From NCBI GenBank assembly GCA_031179165.1, contig JAPSIC010000002.1, positions 3,423 to 67,422 on the forward strand: a stretch of DNA of 64,000 nt. Reading direction: 5' to 3'. Positions 48,268 through 58,456 of the stretch are shown here, in pieces; the first letter of the stretch is position 1, and every line of letters starts with the position of its first letter. Made by a program: the position numbers and the translations under genes. The notes under the pieces were generated by a model. That model did not search any database. It saw only the letters and a list, made by a program, of their open reading frames with translations, and was not told the origin of the DNA. Origin of the DNA: Brevibacterium sp. Its GTDB lineage: Bacteria; Actinomycetota; Actinomycetes; Actinomycetales; Brevibacteriaceae.

Positions 48268-49626
48268 ATGCACCACCTCAGTGACGCCGAGATCGCAGCG
48301 ATCAAGGACGAATCCGCACGAGCGTACGAACTCGACCGGGCCCATGTCTTCCACTCCTGGTCGGCCCAGCAGAAGCTCGACCCGATGACCGTCTCCCGCG
48401 CCCAGGGCTCCTACGTCTACGACGGTGAGGGGCAGCCGTTCCTCGACTTCTCCTCACAGCTGGTCAACACGAACATCGGCCACCAGCATCCGAAAGTGGT
48501 CCAGGCGATCAAGGACCAGGCCGACCTGCTGTGCACGATCAGCCCCGCCCACGTCAACGCCGCCCGGTCCGAGGCCGCCCGGCTCATCACCGAGCGGACT
48601 CCCGGCGGCCTCGACCACGTGTTCTTCACCAACGGCGGCGCCGACGCCAACGAACACGCCATCCGGATGGCCCGCCTGCACACCGGCAAGCGCAAGGTCC
48701 TGTCCCGGTACCGGTCGTACCACGGCGGGACGCAGACGGCCATCAACGTCACCGGCGACCCGCGCCGGTGGGCCAACGACTACGGCGACTCCGGCGTCGT
48801 CCACTTCTTCGGCCCGTTCCTCTACCGCTCGGAATTCAACGCCGCCACCGAGGCGGAGGAGACCGAGCGCGCCCTGAACCACCTCGAGCGCACCATCGAG
48901 CTCGAGGGCCCGCCGACCATCGCCGCGATCGTCCTCGAGACCATCCCCGGCACCGCCGGCATCATGGTCCCCTCGAAGGAGTACCTGCAGGGCGTGCGCG
49001 CCCTGTGCGACAAATACGACATCATGTACATCGCCGACGAGGTGATGGCCGGATTCGGCCGGACCGGCCGCTGGTTCGCCTACGACCACTTCGACGTCGT
49101 GCCCGACCTCGTCACCTTCGCCAAGGGCGTCAACTCCGGCTATGTGCCCCTGGGCGGGGTGATCATGAGCGACGCCATCTATGACAGGTTCGCCCAGAGC
49201 CCCTACCCCGGCGGGCTGACCTACTCCGGGCACCCGCTCGCCTGCGCCGCCGCGGTCGCGACCATCACCGCGATGGAGGAGGAGGGCATGATCGAGCACG
49301 CGGCCCGCCTCGGTCAGGAGGTCGTCGGGCCGCGGCTGCGCGAGATCGCGGAGAAGTCCAGGCACGTCGGTGAGGTCCGCGGGCTCGGCATGTTCTGGGC
49401 GATCGAACTCGTCCGGGACAAGGACACCAGGGAGCCGCTCGCCCCCTACGGCGGGAGCTCACCCGAGGTCGCCTCGGTGCTCGGGCAGTTCAAGGAGCTC
49501 GGCGTCATCCCGTTCTCCAACTTCAACCGGATCCACGTGGTGCCGCCGATCAACATCACCGAAGAGGACCTGGAGACCGGCCTCACCGTCACGGAGAAGG
49601 TCCTCACCGACCTCGACTTCGGCTGA
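48268..49626 (+). CDS. Class III (omega-amino acid/amine) aminotransferase
   Basis: DFSSQLVN.NIGH, SYHG, IADEVMAGFGRTG, FAKGVNSGYVPLGG, TYSGHP. Confidence 0.9.
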   Translation: MHHLSDAEIAAIKDESARAYELDRAHVFHSWSAQQKLDPMTVSRAQGSYVYDGEGQPFLDFSSQLVNTNIGHQHPKVVQAIKDQADLLCTISPAHVNAARSEAARLITERTPGGLDHVFFTNGGADANEHAIRMARLHTGKRKVLSRYRSYHGGTQTAINVTGDPRRWANDYGDSGVVHFFGPFLYRSEFNAATEAEETERALNHLERTIELEGPPTIAAIVLETIPGTAGIMVPSKEYLQGVRALCDKYDIMYIADEVMAGFGRTGRWFAYDHFDVVPDLVTFAKGVNSGYVPLGGVIMSDAIYDRFAQSPYPGGLTYSGHPLACAAAVATITAMEEEGMIEHAARLGQEVVGPRLREIAEKSRHVGEVRGLGMFWAIELVRDKDTREPLAPYGGSSPEVASVLGQFKELGVIPFSNFNRIHVVPPINITEEDLETGLTVTEKVLTDLDFG

Positions 49627-49722
49627 GAGCCGGCTCGCCTGGCCGACCGATCGCGTCGGCCGATTCGCGTCGGCCGATCGCGCCGGCGCGGTCGATCGCG
49701 GCGGCGCCCGGTCCGCTGAGCT

Positions 49723-51354
49723 CTACCGCGCGTCGTGGGTGAACTCTCCGCCGAGGACGGTCGCGCGGACGGGGATCCGGGAAATCTCGGTCGCGGCCAC
49801 CTCGGCGGGGTGGGCATCGAGGGCGACGAAGTCGGCGAGCTTGCCCCGAGACAGGGTTCCCTTGTCCGCACCCTGCCCGGAGGCGACGGCGGCCACCGTG
49901 GAGTAGGCGGCGATCGCCTCGGCGGGGGAAAGGCATTCGGCGGCCGAGCCCATGACGTCACCGCCGCGGGTGCTGCGGGTCACGAACGCCTCGATGCCGC
50001 GCAGCACATTGCCGTCGGCGCAGGGGCGGTCGGAGCTGCCGGCGAGCATCACTCCGGCGTCGACGAAGGACTTCGCGCGGTAGAGCAGGCGCCTGCGCTC
50101 GGGACCCACCGAGGCATTCATCCCGTCGCCGATGCCCTCGGCGAAGGCCGACTGCGGTGTCACCGCGATCCCGTGCTCGGCCAGGGTCGCCAGGTGCTCA
50201 TCGTGGACCAGGGCGGCATGCTCGATCCGGTTGGGCACCCGGCGCCTGCCGTGACGGGCCTGGGCCTCGACGATGGCGGCGATGGCGGCATCGACGGCGG
50301 CGTCGCCGATCGCATGCACCGCCACCGACCAGCCGGAGGCGTAGGTATCGAGGATCCGGCGGCGCAGAGCCTCGGCGTCGTCCTGCAGGTAGCCGGGGTG
50401 GTCCTTGCCCGTGTAGTTCTCCCGCAGCGCCGCGGTCTCCCCGCTCAGGGCGCCGTCCATGAAGAACTTGACCGGGCCGAGGGACAGCAGGTCGTCGCCG
50501 AGCCCGGTGCACACGCCCGCGTCGAGGCCGAGGCCGAAGTCGTCGGACGGGTTGGCCGTGATCTCGTGGAGCCCGTCGGCCTGCGGCATCAGCTGGGCGC
50601 GGGCGCGCAGCTTCCCCTGCTCCCGGGCTCGGAGGTAGGCGGTGATCTCGATCGGGGAGTGGCCGATCCACCCGTAGGCGATGCCGCACTCCCCGAACGA
50701 GGTCATGCCCTCCTTCGCGTAGTGGGCCGTGGCCAGGTCGAGGGCCTCGACGATCGTGTCGAGCGAGTACGGGCGGATGAAGTTCTGGACGAGCTCCTGC
50801 GCGGTCTCCTCGAGCAGACCGGTCGGGCGCCCGGCGCCGTCGCGGACGACCTTGCCGCCGACCGGTTCGGTGAAGTCCGGGTCGAGGATCCCCGCCCGGC
50901 GCATCGCCTCGGTGTTGACGATCGCGGCGTGCCCGGATGTCTGCCGCATGAACAGCGGCCGATCCCCGGTGATCTCGTCGAGGCGGCCGAGCTCCGGGTA
51001 CTGCCCGCCGTAGTCGCGGTGGGCGAAGCCGGTGGCGTTGATCCACTCACCGGCCGGAGTGGTGGCCGCCGTGCGGGTGAGCGCCGCGTAGACGTCGTCG
51101 AGACCGCCGGGCAGATTCGTCACGTCGACCGAGGCGAGGGTGAGGCCGAACCACGTCGTGTGGCAGTGGGCGTCGTGGAAGCCCGGCAGCACCGTCGCGC
51201 CGCCGAGGGACTCCACCCGGTCGGCCGCGATCCCGTCGAGCTCCTCGTCGACGCCGATGATCCGCCCGCCGAACACGCCGATGCGGGAGGCGCGGGGCCG
51301 AGCCGGGTCGAGCGTGTGGGCGTCGCAATCGGTGAAGATCGCGTCGATTCTCAT
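49723..51354 (-). CDS. Metal-dependent amidohydrolase (Amidohydro_3/YtcJ-like)
   Basis: PGFHDAHCH, KFFMDG, HAIGDAA, RIEHA, GSSD, GKLADFV. Confidence 0.88.
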   Translation of the reverse strand: MRIDAIFTDCDAHTLDPARPRASRIGVFGGRIIGVDEELDGIAADRVESLGGATVLPGFHDAHCHTTWFGLTLASVDVTNLPGGLDDVYAALTRTAATTPAGEWINATGFAHRDYGGQYPELGRLDEITGDRPLFMRQTSGHAAIVNTEAMRRAGILDPDFTEPVGGKVVRDGAGRPTGLLEETAQELVQNFIRPYSLDTIVEALDLATAHYAKEGMTSFGECGIAYGWIGHSPIEITAYLRAREQGKLRARAQLMPQADGLHEITANPSDDFGLGLDAGVCTGLGDDLLSLGPVKFFMDGALSGETAALRENYTGKDHPGYLQDDAEALRRRILDTYASGWSVAVHAIGDAAVDAAIAAIVEAQARHGRRRVPNRIEHAALVHDEHLATLAEHGIAVTPQSAFAEGIGDGMNASVGPERRRLLYRAKSFVDAGVMLAGSSDRPCADGNVLRGIEAFVTRSTRGGDVMGSAAECLSPAEAIAAYSTVAAVASGQGADKGTLSRGKLADFVALDAHPAEVAATEISRIPVRATVLGGEFTHDAR

Positions 51355-51402
51355 GGGGTCACCTTCGGGTCGGGGGAGTGTCGGGGGAGTGCCGGGCACC
51401 CG

Positions 51403-53340
51403 TCACGGGCGGGAGGCGCGGATGGCGGGGTCGGTGATGCAGTGGACGAGCGCCAGACCCTCGTGCGCGAGGGCGGCGGCGAAGGCCTCACGGAAGTCCG
51501 CGGTGCGCTCGACGCGCAGGCCGAGGCCGCCGAAGGCGGCGGCCAGGGCCGCGAAGTCGGGGTTCTGCAAGGCGGTGCCAACCGCCCGGCCCGGATAATC
51601 GCGGTCCTGATGGCCGCGGATCGTGCCGTAGACGGAGTTGTCGTTGACGATGACGGTGAGGTTGACGCCGTACTGGACGGCCGTGGCGAGTTCCTGGCCG
51701 TTCATCAGGAAGCACCCGTCGCCGGCGATGGAGAAGATCGTCCGCTCCGGGTGGACGAGACCGGCGGCCACGGCCGCGGGGATCCCGAATCCCATCGACC
51801 CGTTGCGCGGGCCCAGCGCCGAGGGGAACGAATGCGTCGGCAGGAACCGAGTCGCCCATCCCGAGTAGTTGCCCGCCCCGTAGGTGATGATCGCATCGCC
51901 GGGCAGCAGTTGCCTGACATGGACGAAGGCCTCGTCCATGTCGACGTAGTCTCCCGACTTCGCGCTCGCCGAGGCGGCCGCACCGTCGCGGGGGACGCGG
52001 GGGACCCGCCAGTCCTGGAACTCGGCGCGGGCCTGCCGGACCCACTCCGGAAGGGCCGGCGGCTCGTGCGGGTCGACCAGGGACGTCACCCCGCTGTCGT
52101 CACCGGCGGTCGCGGGATCGATGATCGAACCGTCGGCGCCAACGGCGTAGGTGCTCTCGCCGCCGGTCTCGTGCAGCTTCCGGGCCAGTGCCCGGACCGT
52201 GGTCACGATGTGCTGATCGAGTCGACCGTGATGCCCCTGGGCATCGGGGTCGGGCCCGATGACGACGCTGGGCTGAGTCGTGCCGATGGTGTAGCCGTTG
52301 GTCGAGATGTCGGTGCGCACGCAGCCGAGGAAGACGTGCAGATCGGCTTCGTCGAAGACCCGCTTCGCCACCGGGGCTGCACCGAAGCCGAGGATGCCGG
52401 TGAAGTTGGGTGAGGCATGGTCGATGCCGTCGTAGGCTCGGAACGTGCCGAGCACGGCCATGCCCAGGCGGCGGCTCCAGTTCGCGATCACCGCCGAGGC
52501 CTTCGGGGACCAGTCCTCCCCGCCGACGATGAGCACCGGCCGGTCGGCGGCATTGATCCGCGCCTCCAGTTCGACGATCGAGCCGGCGCTCGCCTCGGGG
52601 ATGCCCACCGCTCGCGGCCCCAGGACCTCTCCGGCGCTGGGCTTGACGAGGACCTCCTCGGGCAGCCCGACGACGACGGGACCCGGCCGGCCGGACACGG
52701 CGGTGTGCATCGCGTCGACGACCACCTCGGCGGCTTTGTCGGGGTCATCGAGGACGAGGACCTTCTTCGTCGTCGTCGAGAACCACCCGGCGAGGTCGAA
52801 CTCCTGGAACGCCTCCCGCCCGCGCTGCTCCGTGGGGATGAGGCCGACGAAGACGACCATCGGGGTGGCGTCCTGATAGGCGGTGTGGACGCCGACCATG
52901 ACATTGGAGGCACCCGGGCCGCGGGTGACCATCGCGATGCCCGGTACTCCGGTCATCCGGCCCTCGGCCACGGCCATGTAGCCGACCCCGCCCTCCTGGC
53001 GGCACACGACCGGTTCGATCGTGGCGTCGTGGAGGCCGTCGATGACGTCGAGGTAGGACTCGCCGGGAACGAGATACGCGCGCTGGACTCCGTGGGCCTC
53101 GAGCTCGGCGACGATGAGATGCCCCGCCGAGCGCACCGCGGGCGAGCCCGCATCGACCGGTTCGGTTGTCGGAGTCGAGGCTGATCCCGGCAAGGTGCCC
53201 TGATCGACCGAGGGGCCGTCCTCGGCGGTCGCGGTCGTCGCTGACGCGGAGGCCGCGGGCTGCTGGGGCGCAGACGACCAGGCTGAGACGGCGGAACGGG
53301 AGGTCGGCGACGATGCCGAAATCTGCTCGGTTCTGTCCAT
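51403..53340 (-). CDS. Thiamine pyrophosphate-dependent enzyme (acetolactate synthase-like family)
   Basis: VPGESYL, CRQEGG, TRGPGASN, GSMGFG, GDGCFLMNGQEL..N; exact start uncertain. Confidence 0.85.
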   Translation of the reverse strand: MDRTEQISASSPTSRSAVSAWSSAPQQPAASASATTATAEDGPSVDQGTLPGSASTPTTEPVDAGSPAVRSAGHLIVAELEAHGVQRAYLVPGESYLDVIDGLHDATIEPVVCRQEGGVGYMAVAEGRMTGVPGIAMVTRGPGASNVMVGVHTAYQDATPMVVFVGLIPTEQRGREAFQEFDLAGWFSTTTKKVLVLDDPDKAAEVVVDAMHTAVSGRPGPVVVGLPEEVLVKPSAGEVLGPRAVGIPEASAGSIVELEARINAADRPVLIVGGEDWSPKASAVIANWSRRLGMAVLGTFRAYDGIDHASPNFTGILGFGAAPVAKRVFDEADLHVFLGCVRTDISTNGYTIGTTQPSVVIGPDPDAQGHHGRLDQHIVTTVRALARKLHETGGESTYAVGADGSIIDPATAGDDSGVTSLVDPHEPPALPEWVRQARAEFQDWRVPRVPRDGAAASASAKSGDYVDMDEAFVHVRQLLPGDAIITYGAGNYSGWATRFLPTHSFPSALGPRNGSMGFGIPAAVAAGLVHPERTIFSIAGDGCFLMNGQELATAVQYGVNLTVIVNDNSVYGTIRGHQDRDYPGRAVGTALQNPDFAALAAAFGGLGLRVERTADFREAFAAALAHEGLALVHCITDPAIRASRP

Positions 53341-53412
53341 GCTTCATGCTTATCATTCTTTTGTCTCAAGTGGGCGGAGCATTGCGCATTCGATCTCGGA
53401 ACGCCGTATGAT

Positions 53413-53436
53413 CTGTGCACAATGAACTGTGCACAA
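53413..53436. promoter_or_regulatory. Tandem palindromic operator candidate (CTGTGCACAA, 2 copies)
   Basis: ctgtgcacaa-tgaa-ctgtgcacaa between the divergent TPP enzyme and decarboxylase genes. Confidence 0.55.
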
Positions 53437-53501
53437 CGGATCCTGGGGTCGTTCGATTCGGGTCCCTGGACCGTTCGCAACATCCAAGCCAGGGGGCTCT
53501 C

Positions 53502-56315
53502 ATGACGGGCATCGACGCCGACGACCACTCCGAGCGGGCACTCTTCATGCCCGGCCCATCCGCCGCGGGAGGGTCGCCGCGAGCCCGTTTGGACTCGACC
53601 GTCCGCGCCCGCCCGCAGAAGGCCAAGCTCGAACGCGACCCGGGGATGCCCGCCAGCACCTGGCGCCTGCGCTCCGACGCCTGGGAGTACCTGAAGTTCG
53701 CGGTCAAGCGACTGGCGCTGTCCGGTGGGGACTTCGCCTTCATCGCCGCCGACGGTGAGGTGTGGCGGTCGCTGCGGGCGCTGAAGACGATCGAACTGTA
53801 CTGGGCCGGATTCGGCCAGCGTTACGTGGAGGAAGTCGCGGAGTTCCTCGCCGACGGCGAGTTCGACAAGGCCCACGACATGATCACGCGAGCCGTCGAG
53901 AGGCTGCGCGGCACCACCGTCCCCGACGTCAGGGAAGACGTGCTCAGCGAGGAGGAGCAGGCCGAGCACCGGGACCGGCAGGACCCGCGCCCGCGCTTCG
54001 AGGTCCTCATCGTCGACGAGACCACCGACGCCGGACGCGACGAGCTCCACTCCGACCTGCTCAAGCTGCGCAGCCCCTCCGATCAGTTCATCTACGACTA
54101 CGTCGTCGTCCCCACCGCCGACGACGCCGTGGTCGCGGCCCTGACCAACCCGAACCTGCTCGCCTGCGTCATCCGCCCCGGCTTCACCGACCGGACCCGG
54201 CAGGTGCTCAGCCGAGACCTCCGGGCCGCGGTGGCGATGGCCCACGAGGGCACCACCAGTTCGCCGACGACGCCGATGAGCCCGCTCAACTCCGTGCGCC
54301 GGGTGCTGCGCCTGGCCGACACGTTGGCGGGGCTCCGCCCCGAACTCGACCTCTACCTGATGGCCGGTGCCCACATCGAGAGCCTCGCCGGGGCGCTCAC
54401 CCACCGGTTCCGGCGAGTGTTCCGCCGCGAGGACCAGTTCGAGCTCCACCTGTCCCTGCTGCGCCGGATCGGCCACCTCTACGACACCCCGTTCTTCGCC
54501 GCGATCCAGGAGCATGCCCGCCGCCCGGCCGGGGTCTTCCACGCCCTGCCCGTCTCCCGTGGCGGGTCGGTGGTCGGATCGAAGTGGATCAGCGACTTCG
54601 TCGACTTCTACGGGCTCAACCTGCTGCTCGCGGAGACCAGCGCCACCTCGGGTGAGCTCGATTCGCTGCTCGCCCCCGTCCGGACCCTGAAGAAGGCCCA
54701 GTCCCTGGCCGCCCGGGCGTTCGGCGCCAAGCGGACGTACTTCGTCACCAACGGGACGTCGACGGCGAACAAGATCGTCCATCAGGCGGTGGTGTCGCCC
54801 GACGAGGTCGTCATGGTCGACCGCAACTGCCACAAGTCCCACCACCACGCCCTCATGCTCACCGGGGCTCGCACCGCCTACCTCGAGGCCTACCCGCTCA
54901 ACAACGTCGCCTTCTACGGCGCGGTGCCGCTCAACCGGATCAAGCAGCTCCTCCTCGACTATCGCGCCGCCGGCCGCCTCGACGAGGTGCGGATGATCAC
55001 CCTGACCAACTGCACCTTCGACGGCATCGTCTACGACCCGCTCAAGGTGATGTCCGAGTGCCTGGCGATCAAGCCGGACCTCGTCTTCCTCTGGGACGAG
55101 GCGTGGTTCGCCTTCGCCCGGTTCCACCCGGTCACCCGCAAGCGCACCGCGATGGTCGCCGCGGAACGGCTCGAGGAGACCCTGAAGTCCAACGCCCACG
55201 AGGCCGCCTACCGGCAGCAGCAGAAGCGCCTGTTCGACCCCGAGACCGGTCAGCCCGCCCCCGACGAGGTGTGGCTGTCGGAGACCCTGCTGCCGCCGCC
55301 CTCGGCGCGGATCCGGGTCTACGCCACCCAGTCCACGCACAAGACCCTGACCGCGCTGCGGCAGGGGTCGATGATCCACGTCTACGACCAGGACTTCACC
55401 TCGGGCGCCGAAGACGCCTTCCACGAGGCGTACATGACGCACACCTCGACCTCGCCGAACTACCAGATCCTCGCGTCCCTGGACCTGGGGCGGAGGCAGG
55501 TGGAGATGGAGGGCTTCGCCCTGGTCCAGAAGCAGCTCGACCTGGCCACCAGCCTGTCATCGGCCGTGGCCCGGCACCCGCTGCTGAAGAAGACGTTCCG
55601 GGTGCTCACCGCCAAGGACCTGATTCCCGCCGAGTACCGGCAGACGACCCGATCGATGCCGCTGCGCGACGGCCTGGCGACATTCTGGGAGGCCTGGACC
55701 AAGGACGAGTTCGTCGTCGACCCGAGCCGCATCACGATCGAGATCAGCGGCACCGGCGTCGACGGGGACACGTTCAAGCACGAGCACCTGATGGACCGCT
55801 ACGGCATCCAGGTCAACAAGACGAGCCGCAACACGGTGCTGTTCATGACGAACATCGGCACCTCACGCTCGGCGGTCGCCTACCTCATCGAGGTGCTGGT
55901 CAAGCTGGCCGGGAAGTTCCACGACTCCCGTCCCGCCCTCGAGGGCCGGCCCGAGGTGATCATGCCGCCGCTGCCGGACTTCAGCGCCTTCGCCCCCGAA
56001 TACGCCGCCGAGGTCCCGACCGCGGATCCGACGCGGCAACTGCCCGACGGTGACCTGCGCAGCGCCTACTACGCCGGTCTGCGCCGGTCGTGCATCGAGC
56101 ACGTCATGCCGCACGAGCTGCGCCGCCGCGTCGAGGCCGGGGGCAAGCCGGTCTCGGCCGGATTCGTCACCCCGTACCCGCCGGGATTCCCGGTGCTGGT
56201 GCCCGGTCAGGTCATCACCGCCGAGGTGCTCGACTTCATGTCCGCCCTCGACACCCGCGAGATCCACGGCTACGACCCCCGGCTGGGGTATCGGGTCATC
56301 CTGCCGAAGGAGTAG
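53502..56315 (+). CDS. Large Orn/Lys/Arg decarboxylase (fold type I PLP)
   Basis: FVTNGTSTAN, DRNCHKSH, NCTFDG, WDEAW, TQSTHKT (PLP Lys), STSPNY, PYPPGFP. Confidence 0.9.
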   Translation: MTGIDADDHSERALFMPGPSAAGGSPRARLDSTVRARPQKAKLERDPGMPASTWRLRSDAWEYLKFAVKRLALSGGDFAFIAADGEVWRSLRALKTIELYWAGFGQRYVEEVAEFLADGEFDKAHDMITRAVERLRGTTVPDVREDVLSEEEQAEHRDRQDPRPRFEVLIVDETTDAGRDELHSDLLKLRSPSDQFIYDYVVVPTADDAVVAALTNPNLLACVIRPGFTDRTRQVLSRDLRAAVAMAHEGTTSSPTTPMSPLNSVRRVLRLADTLAGLRPELDLYLMAGAHIESLAGALTHRFRRVFRREDQFELHLSLLRRIGHLYDTPFFAAIQEHARRPAGVFHALPVSRGGSVVGSKWISDFVDFYGLNLLLAETSATSGELDSLLAPVRTLKKAQSLAARAFGAKRTYFVTNGTSTANKIVHQAVVSPDEVVMVDRNCHKSHHHALMLTGARTAYLEAYPLNNVAFYGAVPLNRIKQLLLDYRAAGRLDEVRMITLTNCTFDGIVYDPLKVMSECLAIKPDLVFLWDEAWFAFARFHPVTRKRTAMVAAERLEETLKSNAHEAAYRQQQKRLFDPETGQPAPDEVWLSETLLPPPSARIRVYATQSTHKTLTALRQGSMIHVYDQDFTSGAEDAFHEAYMTHTSTSPNYQILASLDLGRRQVEMEGFALVQKQLDLATSLSSAVARHPLLKKTFRVLTAKDLIPAEYRQTTRSMPLRDGLATFWEAWTKDEFVVDPSRITIEISGTGVDGDTFKHEHLMDRYGIQVNKTSRNTVLFMTNIGTSRSAVAYLIEVLVKLAGKFHDSRPALEGRPEVIMPPLPDFSAFAPEYAAEVPTADPTRQLPDGDLRSAYYAGLRRSCIEHVMPHELRRRVEAGGKPVSAGFVTPYPPGFPVLVPGQVITAEVLDFMSALDTREIHGYDPRLGYRVILPKE

Positions 56316-56447
56316 GCGGGGGCAGAGGCGCGTGCGCCGCGGTGGCCCGGCGGGTACGCCGCGGGCCGGCGCGGCACGGGCCGGCGGGTGCGGACCGGCC
56401 GCGCGGCGCGGGCTGGCCAGCGGCGGCGCGGCCTCCAAGCCGTCGTT

Positions 56448-56505
56448 GCCCCACATAGTCGCGTGGGCCCCATCTGCGAGTGGTGCCCACGCGGCTAAGT
56501 GGGGC
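56448..56505. repeat. REP/REPIN-like hairpin, left flank (25-bp arms, 3 mismatches)
   Basis: gccccacatagtcgcgtgggcccca-tctgcgag-tggtgcccacgcggctaagtggggc. Confidence 0.85.
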
Positions 56506-56610
56506 CGTCGCAGTCCACCGCACGTGGCTCGTGATCGGTGGAGGGCGGCCCACCCGAATAAGTTTCCCGTGATTTGATTGTGTTTGATGCTTTTTGGGCA
56601 GTATTGTTGA

Positions 56611-57597
56611 ATGATGGTGACGGTATTCCAGTCGCGGGATCTGAGGAAGTTGGGCTTCGTTGAGCCGGATCTCGCCGTGGCGCTGCGATGCTGTTTGCGA
56701 AGAGTGCGACGTGGCTACTTCGTGCTGTGGACATCGTGTTCGAACGCCCGTCACGCCGTACTTCACGAGATCCACCGGGATTCGGACACGGCCTACCCAT
56801 CCGTCTTCGATGACATTCGAGACCGAACCGAATGGCTGAAAGTGCTCATCCGCTCGTACGCGAACGGACTTCAGCCGGACGCAGTGTTCTCACACGTTTC
56901 GGCGGCGATCATCCACGGACTGGACCCTCCGTTTCCGGTCGTCGACCACGCAGAGATGATCAGGACCCGTCACCACCGGAAGAAGCCGACGCTGAACATC
57001 CGAGCGAGGACCTTGACAGCTCAGGAGCGGACGCAGGTTCGTGATCTGCCGGTGACGACGGTCGATCGCACTCTGCTCGATATAGCTCATGACTACCCAC
57101 TCGAGGCATCGGTGCCATTCATCTCCGCGGCACTGAGACTGGAGTTGACGTCCGAACGGACGCTCGAGGCCGGCATCCGGCACGGCCGTTCAGGTGCGGC
57201 GGAGGCACGAAGGGCACTCGATCTGGCTGATGCGCGTCATGAATCGGCAAGCGAGGCTCTGTGCGCTGTGAAATTCCACCGGTACGGGATAGACGGCATG
57301 GTCTCTCAGGTCGACAGCTACGACCCGCAGGGCAGGTGGATTGCTCGCAACGATTTCCGGCACAAGAGGCTTCCTCTCGTCGTCGAGGTCCATGGTGTCG
57401 GGAAGTATTACTTGAACGACAATGGCCCTGATCGGGCAAGCAAGGCGAACCATGAACGTCATATGAGGTTGCGAAATGCGGGCCTGCTGGTCTTCGATCT
57501 GGTATGGGCCGATCTGTTCCGGCCGCGGGAGTTCATGAAGATCCGGTCAGCCCTGGACGCCCTTGACCGTCAGGCCAAATGGCCGTTGCCCCACTAA
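56611..57597 (+). CDS. AbiEi-like N-terminus + DUF559/Vsr-like nuclease-fold C-terminus protein
   Basis: RRVRRGYF, FSHVSAAIIHGL, VTTVDRTLLDIA, ESASE, ARNDF...VVEVHG..KY, LVWADL; visibly lower GC than neighbours. Confidence 0.7.
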   Translation: MMVTVFQSRDLRKLGFVEPDLAVALRCCLRRVRRGYFVLWTSCSNARHAVLHEIHRDSDTAYPSVFDDIRDRTEWLKVLIRSYANGLQPDAVFSHVSAAIIHGLDPPFPVVDHAEMIRTRHHRKKPTLNIRARTLTAQERTQVRDLPVTTVDRTLLDIAHDYPLEASVPFISAALRLELTSERTLEAGIRHGRSGAAEARRALDLADARHESASEALCAVKFHRYGIDGMVSQVDSYDPQGRWIARNDFRHKRLPLVVEVHGVGKYYLNDNGPDRASKANHERHMRLRNAGLLVFDLVWADLFRPREFMKIRSALDALDRQAKWPLPH

Positions 57598-57648
57598 AGC
57601 GTTGTCGCCCCACCTGTAGGTGGGGCAACGACGTTCAAGAGGGGCAAC
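57585..57648. repeat. REP/REPIN-like nested hairpin, right flank (contains the gene's TAA)
   Basis: gttgcccc..cgttgtcgccccacct-gt-aggtggggcaacgacg..ggggcaac. Confidence 0.85.
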
Positions 57649-57670
57649 CGCTGACTGGTGACCGACAGGG

Positions 57671-58456
57671 TCAGCCCAGTTGGCCGGGGTGGAGGACTCG
57701 GGCGAGGAAGTTCTGCGTCCGCTCCTCCTTCGGGCTGCCGATGACCTCCTTGGCCGGCCCCTCCTCGACGACGACTCCGCCGTCCATGAAGACCACGCGG
57801 TCGGCGACCTGGCGGGCGAACTCCATCTCATGGGTGACGACGACCATCGTCATCCCCGCCTCGGCGAGGGAGCGCATGACCAGGAGGACATCGCCCACGG
57901 TCTCGGGATCGAGCGCCGAGGTGGGCTCGTCGAAGAGCATGACGTCGGGGTCCATGCTCAGGGCCCGGGCGATCGCGACGCGCTGCTGCTGACCACCCGA
58001 GAGGGACCCGGGCTTGGCGTCGATCTTCTCCGACAGCCCCACTTTGGCCAGGTTCGCCTCAGCGGTGCGGTTCGCCTCCTCCTTCGACCGGCCGAGCACC
58101 TTGACCTGGGCGACGGTGAGGTTCTCCCGCACGGTCAGGTGGCCGAAGAGGTTGAAGCTCTGGAACACCATGCCGATGCGGGTGCGGGCGGCGTCGATAT
58201 CGAGATCGAGATCGGTCATGTCCATTCCGTCGACGACGATCGAGCCGCCGGACGGGGTCTCGAGGACGTTGATGCACCGCAGCATCGTCGATTTGCCCGA
58301 GCCCGAGGGCCCGATGACGCAGACGACCTCGCCCTTGCGGACCTCGAGGTTGATGTCGGTGAGGACCTGGTTGGAGCCGAAGCTCTTCTGCAGGTTCCGG
58401 ATCGAGATGAGCGGAGTCTCCGCGGCGTCGGGAGCGGCAGTGGTGTCGGTCATCAT
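57671..58456 (-). CDS. Polar amino acid ABC transporter ATP-binding protein (GlnQ-like)
   Basis: [33 protein letters not shown]. Confidence 0.92.
   Translation of the reverse strand: MMTDTTAAPDAAETPLISIRNLQKSFGSNQVLTDINLEVRKGEVVCVIGPSGSGKSTMLRCINVLETPSGGSIVVDGMDMTDLDLDIDAARTRIGMVFQSFNLFGHLTVRENLTVAQVKVLGRSKEEANRTAEANLAKVGLSEKIDAKPGSLSGGQQQRVAIARALSMDPDVMLFDEPTSALDPETVGDVLLVMRSLAEAGMTMVVVTHEMEFARQVADRVVFMDGGVVVEEGPAKEVIGSPKEERTQNFLARVLHPGQLG

Noticed and set aside
49735-55442. Very long antisense ORFs (892 aa, 829 aa, and others such as 27528-29375 and 39250-40869)
   Set aside because: Shadow frames of high-GC genes on the opposite strand, with no recognisable motifs
56611-57597. Complete type IV toxin-antitoxin (AbiE) pair
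   Set aside because: No AbiEii nucleotidyltransferase gene is adjacent
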